DNA of 63,980 nt, filler included. It is 15 parts of 15 records of this genome, joined end to end, with 100 filler letters (N's around TTAATTAATTAA, not from the genome) between each part and the next. Parts side by side here need not be neighbours in the genome. Positions count along the whole stretch, not along the records: positions 1 to 6,425 come from SRR7504441_8543; positions 6,526 to 10,496 come from SRR7504441_8550; positions 10,597 to 14,761 come from SRR7504441_8552; 12 more parts are not named here. One strand, 5' to 3'. The position numbers and the translations under genes are program-made. Under the pieces are notes generated by a model, which saw only the letters and a list, made by a program, of their open reading frames with translations, searched no databases and was not told the DNA's origin. The number at the start of each line of letters is the position of its first letter. Within the stretch, counting starts at the first letter, position 1. This document shows positions 1 to 10,988 of this stretch, one piece after another.

Positions 1-39
1 TTTTAATCCAGCTTGAGTTTCCGAACGGAGATAGTATGT

Positions 40-3000
40 CTACTCTGAAGCTTGCTTGGTAGGCTCGGAGGCAAGGAAGGTAATTATCACTTGCTCGGCC
101 TTGTCGAGGTCGTCCAGCCAGAGCTCCGGCGGGGAGCTCTTCTCCAAAAGCGCTAGCTCGTTTGCCACGCCTGCTCGGCCCATTAACACTCAATTAACAC
201 ATGCCTCAACCTTTGCGCCGCTCGCTCTGGTTCTCCAGTTCTTCTAATGTCAACTGCCGCAGTGACATTCGCAGCAGCGCGTCGGTGGCAGCGTCGGGGG
301 TCATCTTGCCTGCAGGCTGCTTAAAGCGCATCGGATTCAATGTATTCACCCTTCCAGCGGGCGGCTTGCTCTATCTGCTGGCGCAGCTGATATCTCGACT
401 GGTTCAACACCTGGAACCAATCAGTGTTGATTCATGTTTGGCCGAGAGCTTACCTGGACGCGTCCGTTGACCACAAGCTGGGTTAACTGTATTGAGTCGT
501 CCATATCGACAAGTTTATCCGTCATTTTCTCCTTCAGCCTACAGCCAGCGCTCAACTCAAAATCACCTAACAGCACTTGGCGTATCGCTTGTTGTACAGC
601 GCCATCCTGGCCGTTACAAAGCGCTCCAGCAGCGACGTTGTGTCGTCGAACCGCCGGAGCACTCCATTTTCGTCAAACGCATGCATGTTGCTCACCTGAT
701 TAGAGACAGTCAAGTTCGGCCATCCAATCAATTGGCTGCCTGAATGTGCGTCTCCAGCCGCAGTCCGCGCACCAGTCCGCCTACATCACAATCGATTGAC
801 TGCGCCGTGTTAATTAAGAACCCGGGCGCAGCTGCAGCCCTGCCAGCTCGTCCGCAGAATGGAAGCGGACCTGTTGTTGTTTTTAACACTCGCATTGCTT
901 GACTAGCTGACCTCGAAATCCACGCTCTGTTCAGTGTGGTTCTCCACATAGTCACTCACCTGGCCATTAACTCCGCTAAATTAAATGGTACTATGTAAAT
1001 TAATACCTGCGGGTGGCTATCTAGGAACTTCTTATATTCGTCAGTCCATCGATACATCGGCAATTCTGTTATCCTCACAGTCCTGCCAATCGATTAGGTT
1101 GCTGATTCGTATCAAGTTCTGAGTGACTCTGGATTCAGCAACTCGAAAGAGCCATGCGATACATAGTTGGCCTATACAGTAGGATCAAATCGTTAAGCCG
1201 GAATCCAGGAGCCACCGAGCTCTCTGCAGGGAGGATCTTACCCTTGAAGCCGCTGGCCCAGGGAACCATTGGCAGTACCGGCTCTCTGGCGATCGCCCTG
1301 CGCACGTTATGCAGCACCTGACCATAAATCGAGAATTGTTTCAGCAGATCGACAAGGGTCACCTCCAGTGGGTGGTGCGGAGGAATGGTGGTCGACCACC
1401 CAGTGCCAATCCCCTCACAGCCATTCACAAGCACCAAAGGCAGCACCTGCCATTCGACTGAATCGCAGCACACCATTAACTCACCGGAGCGAAGGTGACT
1501 GGCTCAATTTCTTGACCGTCGTCTGTATTGTGTTCCAGAATCTCGCTGTCATCGCTAATAAATAGCGCCGGAACCAGCGGACTAGTCTTTGTGTAGATAT
1601 ATCTTGGACTGGCCGCGTCCTTCCCGCCTGGAAGTGATCAAGGAACCGGCAATAAAGTTTCGTGCGCATTGTACCGGCGAGTCGTGTCCCAAACTGTCCC
1701 AACGGCTCTAGAAGCGGCAGATTATTGTTGGAGCCCACAAACGACTGAGCCATCCCAGTGATTGTGCCCTGCAGACTCGCCTGCTGATGGCTTAATACTC
1801 GAGTGACTGGTTGATTCACAGACCTCTCCATGGTGGTAGGCAGTTTTCTCCGAGACAAAACCAGACAGTTGGGCCACCTGGGGATTACTGGTCATCAATA
1901 TTGACGTGGCAGTTAGGCACTTTCACTTCTTGGCTGAGCGGGCGCTGCAATAAACTCCAGAGCACCTGCCGTTTGGTCTGTTAGGGACCCACCCTAACAC
2001 TCTAGAGCGTGAATTGATTGGCAAGGGTTGGGATTTGAACCGCCTGTTACAAGCCAAGAAGGTGCTTTGCCTAATATTTTTAGTGACTATCTGAGCCAAG
2101 TGGACAACTGCTGGCCCTGCGGTGGAGGCGCACACACCGACGGCCTCGAATTCTATTGGTGCTAAACATGCTAAGTCTGTGGGTTTACCTTCCGTTGGGC
2201 CGGTTTGAGGCCGTCCATCAGGCTTGGGATCGACCTGTCTTGGAGCTAAATATATTGACTGACACAAGAGTCAACCCACCGCAGGTTGTGACTGGTGGAA
2301 AACATAGAGAGCTCCTTGTTAACAAAGTCACTGTAAGCCACCTGCTGGCCAGTTTAGATCTCGCGTTCCTCTTGTCAAGCCATAGACCTCGCTTGAGGTG
2401 TGGTCCACGAATAAGTCCTTGTCCACCTGCCATTTAAATGATGCTATGGGAACAAACTGAATCAACCGTTGCTAGCCAGTCCTTGCGGTCCTCTGTTCGG
2501 TGTTTATTGAAAGCTAAATCTATGAGCGAGCCACTCTGGTCGTCCCACCTGCCATCAAACCTTACATGGCTGTACACTACCGCAGCAATCATTGAGCCAT
2601 TAAAATAGGGATGGATACTTGAACTGAATCTGGTGCCGGTCCAGCTGAGAAAAATACTCCCTCGCCTCGGCTGAGCTGGAGGTACCCAGCCTGTTCACAC
2701 AGAATGATCCAACTAAACAAAAAAACAAGCCACCCTTTGTAGTATTTGGATACCCAATTGGCTTTAAAGTCGGCATGGCTCATCGACGACTTCCATTGCG
2801 CAAACTCAGCATTCGTGTAGAACGCGATCAGCTGCCCATGGAATCGAGCATTCAATGTGAAGTGAATCAACCTGTGAGTCGCGCTTGCTCTTGTTCCGAA
2901 CTTTGACGAGTGGCGTGATAAACTCAAATAGAAACCCATCCTGGAATGTTGTTAAATAATCAAACAGCCAGCGTTTCGTGAACCTGTTGGAGCAGCGCCG

Positions 3001-5324
3001 GCCAGAAATGGTGCAGCATGTTTATCACCAGCCCCTGCACCCGTTCTAGCCGCCTGCTGCTCTGACAGTGTTAACCTTGATGTGTGAGCCGTCTGGATCC
3101 TGGTCGGTCATCAAAAGCACCTTTCCATATCTGCAAACAACAGCTAAAATCGATTGAAGCACTGTTATCACACCGGAGTGAGTCACGCTCCTCTTGCGCT
3201 TTGTAAGTCAGTGAGTGTGACAGCCCTAAAATAGTCTTCAGATTGTTCATCTCAGCATTGTCTGTCAACTGCCTGTGCGAGGCCGTCCGCACGTTCAGCA
3301 GCTTACCTGCCCGGGGAGCTTAACAAATTGTAATCATTGAATTAATCGCCTTTGAGCGGAAACACACCATAGGTGTCCCTGCCGACCACCGCCAGCCCCG
3401 CCACCGCCAGCGACTTGGCCGAGTCGCCTACACCCAACCTTAGCTCTCAAATAACGGTGTGCAAACCTTCGGTTAAGATCAGCGTGCATTTGCCAGATCC
3501 GTGCCTGTCACGCAGGTAACAGTGGCCGGGGGTTGAGTTTTATACTTGGTGCCGGCCAGGTTGGCATCATCTAGTTTGTCTACAGCCAACCGTCGCCGCT
3601 TGCTCCCGACAGTTGGCGGCCTGGATTTACGAACTAATTCTCTTTGCTGCTTGCTCTGCACAGCTCGGATCGTTGCCTGTCGCGGCATGCCTGAGTTTTA
3701 ATTGATTTTGAGCATCAAGAGTACCTCGACCACAGGTGAGTCGGGTGAAGCCAGCTGGGCCAGCAAGGCCTGTGGCAGCCTGTGATACAGTTATAGCAGT
3801 TGGGATTTGGGGATTTAATAGTACTGACTTGGCTTTGGTCCCAAACTGGGCCGGTCGAGTGGTGAGCTGCTCCTTCATTTGAGCGTCAAACGAAGGCTGC
3901 GATACAGTTGAGAGCAGTTTGGATGTGGTGTTCACCTTGCTCACAGATGCCAGCACGAACATGGCCAGGTGCTGGCGTACCGCTGCGGGCGTCACCTATA
4001 CTAGCCATAAGTACACCAACCGCATCTGACGGCACCGTGCTCCCTCCGATGCTCTTGGCGTGATGCCTATTGATGTAATCGGCTAAATGCCCAGCCACTT
4101 GGTCGGTGATGGCAGTTACGTGAGTGCCGCCCTTGATCGTGCTGATGCCGTTGACGAAACTCACCTGTAAATCAATCTCCAGCCGCCAATTGACAAATCA
4201 ATCAGAGCTAACCTGGCTCGCGCCGTTGGTTGACACTGAAACCCCCACCCGCCAGTCCTTATTCGTCTCTGACACCACCAGCGGTTCATAACTGCAAAAG
4301 GCCGCTGGGAGTCAGTTTAAAGGCATCTTCAAATATAGAATTACCCGAACAGCTCCATAAATCTGGGCAGGGTCCGCTGGTCCAGCAGCTCGCCATTGAA
4401 CCGAACCTCAGCTCGATCGCCACACCACACCGCCGTATCAAGGGCCCGCCGGTGACACAGCGCCTGCACGCCGGATAAAATCTGCTATCGGCAATCGATT
4501 ACCCGGATCGTGCCGTCGATCCCGTCCCCACCGAACCGGTCCAAGTCTGGCTTGAATTCGACTTTCGTAAAGCTCTCCACACCATCGACTGGCGAGATCT
4601 CCGGCGGCTCGCACCTGTCCGTTAGCGAGTTTTGGCCAGCTGTGGATTGACGCACAGCGACATGTTGTTCCGCCAACGCTGGGTGTACAATTTGGCTCGG
4701 CCTGGCGCAGGTCAGGTCGGCAGGCCGAGGCTCTTGCCTGAGTCACACGTGGTCACAGTAAATTCATGTGAGAAAATATTCGCCAGCTTGGCCCCATAAC
4801 CCATCCGACCGCCGGTGAACCGGTCCTGCCCTAAATCATTTACCATTCGATCGAGTGTCAACCTGCGAGTCGTCGAAGTTGCTCCCCGTGAGCAGGTGAC
4901 CAAACACCAGTTCCGGGATCCAAATCTTCTCGCTCCTGTGCTTTCGGATCGGAAGGCCTTTGCCGTCGTTTCGGACGGCCATCCGCTCGCCGTCGCACTC
5001 GATCTCGATCGAGCGGACCCCGGAGCCCCGAGTGAGGCTGTCGATGGCGTTGACCAGAATCTCGTCAAACAGCTTGAGCAGCGCCGGTGAGTAGCTCACC
5101 TACGGGCGCCCCTGATCATTCACGGACAAACCGGGACGCGCCTCGGCCTCGCGGACTGCACTAGGGGACTCCGGGACCCACAGCCGTTGGGTGACTAACT
5201 CTGTCGGTCCGACGTACAGGTCGGGCCGCAGCAATACGTGCTCCACTGGCGTCTTGCGCGAATAAATTTCCGGCGCGCTGGCCAGCCGCCGGCGCTGGAA
5301 GCGCCAGTGCCGCAACTGGTGCAT
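40..5324 (-). CDS. TOP2: DNA topoisomerase II (eukaryotic type IIA), ~39 introns, probably organelle-targeted
   Basis: Manual splicing gives ordered hallmark motifs: EHVLLRPDLYVG, KLFDEILVNA, GHLLTGSNFDD, GGRMGYGAKLANIFS, SFVNGIST, LTEGDSAK, FPLKGKLLNVR, MTDQDPDGSHIKG, YYKGLGTS, SIPSLMDGLKPAQRK, YHHGE, GQFGTRLAGGKDAASPRYI (catalytic Tyr), NGCEGIGTGWST, ITELP, LWLDDL. ATG 5324, stop at 40-42. Confidence 0.95.
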
Positions 5325-5573
5325 GTGCGCCGTGCCGCAGAGCTACTCACCGGCGCCAGGAGCAGCAGAGTCGCAGCCTTCGTTGACCATTGTCAGCCCC
5401 GCTTCAGATGAACCCGAGCCGGTCTGTACTTGTACGCATAGAGTCTACTTGTACTCTACGGTATTTTCAAGTACCGTACCAGGTAGACTACGAACTCGTA
5501 CTCGTAGGCTTTTACAAGTTATACTGTAGCTGTCCTACCAGGCAACCCGGTACCGTCGACAGAGCTCGGTGAA

Positions 5574-6130
5574 ATGGCACCAAACGAGGGAGTGAAGATA
5601 AGCATTCAATACTGCGGCGGTGAGGGCCGCCGGCCGGTCGTTACTAATTCCAACAGGCTGAGGCTACGGGCCCAAGGCGACTGCGGCGGCCGACACCATC
5701 ACACGTGACTTCCCTGCTGGAGTGCAGATAGAGCAGATCCGGGATGCTGGGGTGGCCGTTGGACGTAACCAACTGACCGTTGGGGTGGCAGACCACCGGG
5801 AACTTCGAGATCTGTGTCAACGGCAAGTTGGTTCACTCAAAGAAGACTGGCGGTGCGCCGGGGGGGGGGGGGCACTGGGCGCCCCGATAGGCACCGACCA
5901 TAATAGGGTCGGGTCTTAGCCCCTCTTGGTCGGGTACCGCTCGGCAATAAACCCTACACACCCGCGCCTCGCCGGCAGGGCCCGATCGGGCGGGCGCAGG
6001 CGACGGTTTCCTGGACTCCGAGGAGAAGGCCATGAAGCTGTTCGAGGCGATCAAAGCGGCTGGAGGCACCCCGGCGGCCGATGGACCCTCCGAGCCGACC
6101 AAGCCGGCTGACGGGTGCACACTGCTTTAG
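5574..6130 (+). CDS. SELENOW: SelW/Rdx-family selenoprotein (CGGU motif, in-frame TGA at 5659-5661) with C-terminal CaaX (CTLL)
   Basis: Introns 5620-5656, 5752-5791 and 5853-5999 (all GT-AG) give MAPNEGVKISIQYCGG(U)GYGPK...[41 protein letters not shown]...DGCTLL*. YCxxUGY, GxFEI.[10 protein letters not shown] and GDGF.D are SelW-family motifs. Missed by the ORF track. Confidence 0.9.
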
Positions 6131-6179
6131 ATGCGTCTGATTTTACGCGGTTGGCGGATCCATGGACAACTGAGTCCCT

Positions 6180-6242
6180 GTGGCGAATGACGACGGCGTT
6201 TTAAAGAGCCACATTAGGCTCGGGACACTGTTTGAGAGCCAC
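6180..6242 (+). promoter_or_regulatory. SECIS element (type II) in the 3' UTR of the SelW-like gene
   Basis: Helix I GTGGC(6180-6184)/GCCAC(6238-6242); ATGA core 6187-6190 opposite TGAG 6233-6236; ~11-bp helix II GACGGCGTTTT/GGGACACTGTT (G-U pairs, one mismatch); unpaired AAA 6203-6205; apical mini-stem GAGCC/GGCTC. Lies ~50 nt after the stop codon. Confidence 0.88.
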
Positions 6243-6425
6243 GTATACTCAGGTAGTACTTAAACGACCAATTCGTTTTTATTAGGATTAACCTCTTGAG
6301 CCAGTTTTCGCGGGTCCAGAAACTTCCATCGGTCCTCGCTAGGACATTTTTTACGTACCGCTCCGGCCAATTCAAAATAGCGCATCCGCTATGACTTTTA
6401 AAGTTCTGACACTTTTCTGGCAAAC

Positions 6426-6525
6426 NNNNNNNNNNNNNNNNNNNNNNNNNNNNNNNNNNNNNNNNNNNNTTAATTAATTAANNNNNNNNNNNNNNNNNNN
6501 NNNNNNNNNNNNNNNNNNNNNNNNN
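6426..6525. other. Artificial contig spacer (44 N + TTAATTAATTAA + 44 N), first of 14
   Basis: Identical 100-nt spacers also start at 10497, 14762, 19407, 23352, 26778, 33019, 38216, 42872, 46061, 49193, 52946, 56215 and 60616. The linker has stop codons in all six frames. Confidence 0.99.
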
Positions 6526-7127
6526 GGACTGAGCAGAGTGGCAGGCGGCCACGCTGGTGCTGCTGATATGGGCGGCCCGGCGCTGGCGTTTCAGACTGAT
6601 GCTCTCGCTGCTTCGATTTGTGCGAGAAGCTTGAGCGTTTCCATTTCTTCTGCCCGAGCCAGTCCCTGGGCCCGCCGAGCTTGATCACAAATGACCGTAT
6701 CAAGAGTGATCTCTAGAAGCCCCGCTGCGACAGGTGCTGCTTGGGTGTGAGGGGCGGCCGGTGAGACCTGGTCGGTTGGCGCGATGTGCTCGGTTCGAGA
6801 CGCGAGCCCGGAAGAGGGCAACTCACTCGAGCCGCAGGTTTATTGTTTTTGGCTGTGCGCCGAAATGGAAAATAAATCCCTCCAACAACGGCTGAGCTAT
6901 TACTGGCCTCACCCAGCGCGGTTGTGTGCGGCGGAGTAGCGGCTGAGTACAGTACAATCGGTTGTACGGTACGTAACTACAACGTAACTTAAACGTAACT
7001 ACGTATGACCGCCGCCTCTCCGGCAATGCGCACCACCTTCAAAGATTTTTCACCTCTGGGCCAGCCGACATAAAGCCGACAAGTTTAGAAAAGTGGGTAC
7101 CAGTTTATCAAAGGACTACTTGACATG

Positions 7128-7267
7128 ACACGAATCGATGACAGACTGTCGATTCGGCCGCAATCAAACCCAAAAACTTGACAGTCTGTCTTGACATGTC
7201 ATCGACCAACTCTGTTCAACCGTCTGTCAAGTTTTTGGATTTGATTGCGGCTGTCTTCGATTCGTGT
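7128..7267. repeat. Inverted duplication spanning the stop codon of the SNARE-like gene
   Basis: 7157-7184 is the reverse complement of 7224-7251 (28 bp, 1 mismatch). The match extends to 7128/7267 with a ~12-nt insertion in the left arm. Confidence 0.85.
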
Positions 7268-10208
7268 GCCCACCTCATCCACAATCTCGTTGCTCTCGTC
7301 AAACATGTCGCCCAGCACCTGGCACAGAGGTCAGAGAACCAGCAATAATAGAACCAACCTCGGCCTTCTCTTTGATCTCTGTTATCCGGTTCTCTGACCG
7401 GTTATAAAACGCGTCCATCTGCTGATCGCCAGTGCTAATGTCCATGTCTTTGCTGTAAGTACGCTTCTTCCCCGGGGCTCTGGACCGCATGTCATTATGA
7501 TTAGAGTAACTAGCAGGCTTGCCGGTGGCTCTCTCGCGCCTGTTGACTGCTGTTGTTCCTGAGCAGCACGTCGGGCTGGAAGTAGCTCGCGTCCTCGGCG
7601 AACAGCACCTCCACCTGCCCCTGCTCGTCCCGCCCACCCCAGCCGGCACATGGTGGTTCACGTTCTCAAACGCGCGGTACACCAGCTCCCGCACCTGCCA
7701 TCGTCAGCCAGCCGCTCTGCTGCAAGCCACCAGCTGCACTGTGCTGCCGTCCTTCTGGTCCACTGGCCACAATTCCCACAGCTGCCCGAATCAGTCCAGC
7801 GCGAATCATAAACACGAACCTCCGGTTCGGGCGATTTTCGGAGCCGGTTCTTGAAGTGCAGCACCACTTGTGCCTTTTTAAGCACTTGAATGCACATGAG
7901 CGCCGTGAAGCTTTTGGCCTGATCCTTCTCAGCTTGGATGATTCAACCAGGCACCTCGGTCACAGTATCGCCCGTGAGGTGCAGCAGCCCGATCCGAGTC
8001 AGCCTGAGCATGCGCTTGTGCCTGATCATAGGTTAGGGCCAGGGGCAGGCCCTCGTGCCTAAACATATCCGAGTCCAGCTTCACACGCAGCTTGTATTCG
8101 TTGTCGCCTGTCCGCGCGGGATAGCGAGACCATCAGGCAACAACGGGCACCCTCGCTCAGCTTTGGGGCCTTGGTCTGCTGGCTTCCGCCTGAGGAAAAC
8201 ATGCCGCCCTCCATGTTCTTGATGAGCTTGTCTGCTTCACTCAGCCGGGCCTGGACCATGTTCAGCTTGCGCGCGGCCGCCTTCAAGTCTGTGTTTTGAT
8301 CATAAAGCTCCTGTGCACGGCTGGTAAATCAGCGGTGCGTGATTGCGCCTTTATGGTATCAGTGGCCAGCTCGCTGGTGAAGAGCGTGGTTCGGTCGACC
8401 CGTTCCTGCGCCTGGAGCAGCCGGACTTGCGTGTCGATCTGCTCTTCCAGTTGCGCCTGCACCCCCGTCATTGCCTGCCACACCCTGCAGCGCCTTTTCG
8501 CCCGGGTCCTGCTCCTGATCGCGCATCGCCACCAGTCCCTCTGCCCCTCAGCTGAGCACCCGCCCACCACCGGGCCGCTCACTTATCTTCCGCTCGGCCA
8601 GACCCTCAACTGACTTTGGCTCGTCTGCGCTTCGTCGCCGCTGCTCAAACGCCCCCTGCGTGCACAAAGTCGCGAGCACAGCGTGCAACAGGCTGACCGT
8701 GGCCGGCGAGTTGCTCCAGGGCTCGGGCGAGGCGCTCCCGCTGCTCAGAGAACTGCGGGCCGGAGGCGAGCCAGTCTTGCTCGCGCGCTGCGGCCAAGTC
8801 TGGCACGCCTGGAGCCCGCGTTCGCTCAGCTGGAAAGTGGCGTCGCTCATGTTGCCTGCCAGCCAGCTGGAGGGCTGGGGCTGGGCGGGCACCGATCACA
8901 GCGGTGAATCTGGCATCGTGCAGCTTTTGAGTTCGGAGCAGCCCGTGCTTGACGAACCCGTCCACCGTGAGGAAGCCCTTGGCCAGGCTGCCCTCGGCCG
9001 TGTAGTTTGAGTGCACAGAAGCCAGCTGGTCCCAGTCCCCGAGCAGCAGCTCCAGGTCAGCCAGCTTGGTCGGCCCAAGCTGCGCAGATCGAATCAGCTC
9101 CTGAAGGCCTTGCTGCAAGCACCTGAAGCTCGTCTGCCAGCCCAAGCATGAGCCCCATCATCCTGTCGCCAGCATAGCGGCAGAGCGCATCCGGCGGAAT
9201 CCGAGTGCTCGGCTCGTCGCACTCCGGGCCTGTGGCTGCCGCTTACCAAATGATGGAGTAGGCTCACCTGGTGCCCGGAGTGACTTGAGCTTGGTCAGCT
9301 CCTCAAAACGGTGCCGAAGCGCCAACCGACGTGAAACCTGCCAAGCGGTCAGAACGCCCGTACTGAACAACCGGCCACCCGGGCCTGATCTGCCGGCCCG
9401 TCCCTGGGCTGCACCTGCGGCACAATGAGCCAGCCTGACTCACTGGTCCAGACCTGCACACGGAAGATCCTCTTGCGTCTGAGCGGGGTCAGCAAAACTC
9501 CCTTGTCCTCAAGCCCCCTGCAACCAATCAGCTGAACCAGACGGAATATCGGGCACCACGAATCGCTGTCCCAATCGGCAGCGTATCGCCAGCCCTTCTT
9601 GTCTGGCTGGGTGGCTGAGTCTGGGCTCCAGTTCCAGCCGAGGTCAGGCTCCCACTGGCTGATCCACTCCCACCCGTCGTGCAGCCCATGCCTCACCATG
9701 TCCGCGCTGCTCATCGGCCGGCCCTCCGCGTCCATCGTCTTGGGCGGATCGGCTTGCCTCACCTGCCCGTCCCTGCGCTCGTTGATGTACGCCTCCGTCT
9801 TCTCGGCGGCCTCCACCCGGGACAGAACCAGCTCCAAGGTTTGGCTGCGCACCGGGCAGGCAGCGCTGCTGCTGACCAGCCCGGAGAGGCTTTGGCCAGA
9901 GAGCTCGTCGAGCATGCTTTCGAGCAGGAATAGGTTAGAGTCTGTGAGCGCCCCGATCTGACGGAGCAGCCCGGCCGCCCGGTCCGGGTCCAGGCTCAAT
10001 TCGCCGTCGGAAGACCAGACCACCGCAGGCAGGAAGAAGAGCCGGACGATCTGGGCCTGGCGCGGGCTGAGTTTGTGATTGTTGAGCTGTTCCGTCAGGC
10101 AACTCGGCATCGGCATGCTCCGCACCTATCACACCCGGCGGTCAGGCCGGCGGCCGCGCAGAAAGGCGCCTGGATATCGTCGTTGCACCGCGAGCATAGG
10201 CCTCCCAT
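7199..10208 (-). CDS. Multi-exon protein: N-terminal MGGLCSRC acylation motif, DysF-like domain, and two SNARE motifs (Qb and Qc, SNAP-25-like)
   Basis: Continuous frame after removing short GT/GC-AG introns. DysF-like: GWEWISQWEPD..DKKGWRYAADW..LRRKRIFR. Qb-like: TDTIKELYDQNTDLKAAARKLNMVQARLSEADKLIKNMEGG. Qc-like: DQQMDAFYNRSENRITEIKEKAEVLGDMFDESNEIVDEVGTRIEDSRNQIQKLDRRLNRVGR*. Confidence 0.75.
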
Positions 10209-10988
10209 ACCACGGTCTACTGTCCCGGCCTACCGCCGCTCCGCCAGACAGAGCCTGGCACAGTGATGACAGTGGGCTGTGGCGCCTTGCGCAAGTTGAC
10301 CGAGGTCAGGGAAACCCCGTCGGCGCATGCGCATGCAGCACGTTCAGCTGCACTGCTGTACGCGGGCTAAATCAATGCGTCAATTGATGCCAGTGGCGCA
10401 ATGACCAAGTGCTGAGCTCCGTCGCCAAGCTAGACCGGCTCTAGTGTTCGGGTGCAATTAAAAATAATTGTCACATGTATAGTGATTACTCGTATTNNNN
10501 NNNNNNNNNNNNNNNNNNNNNNNNNNNNNNNNNNNNNNNNTTAATTAATTAANNNNNNNNNNNNNNNNNNNNNNNNNNNNNNNNNNNNNNNNNNNNACGA
10601 GATTACAACAACAGTACATGACCATGGCCACCGCCAACTATGGCAAATAGATTTCATCAACTACGCATCAATGTGCACAACTACATGATAGTCATCAACC
10701 GCGACATGTACATTAGGCAGATGCGGCGGCCAAGGGCCTCCACACGTACATTGATGTGTCCATCACACACACGAGTGTGTACACGAGTAATTATACGAGT
10801 ACATGTGCCTGTACTCGTAATCATCGCTACTCAAATTAATATTAAAACTATTCAAATTTACTAAGTTTATACTTAGGATTACGAGTATGGGTGAACATAT
10901 AGGGTTGACGTCGCTAGGTACGTAGAAAAATTATTGTATCATAATAATAATAATTATTATGCATAGCGTTTATGCAAAACTTTGTGCA

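Noticed and set aside
1981-1997. Telomeric TTAGGG/CCCTAA
   Set aside because: Single copies forming a small hairpin inside an intron, not a tandem array.
2019-2071. Intact tRNA gene
   Set aside because: The T-stem does not pair beyond 2 bp and no D or anticodon arms of proper spacing exist. Kept only as a possible remnant.
40-5324. Giant-virus origin of the topoisomerase II
   Set aside because: About 39 spliceosomal introns of the host type and a neighbouring host-type selenoprotein gene; no viral hallmark genes in the window.
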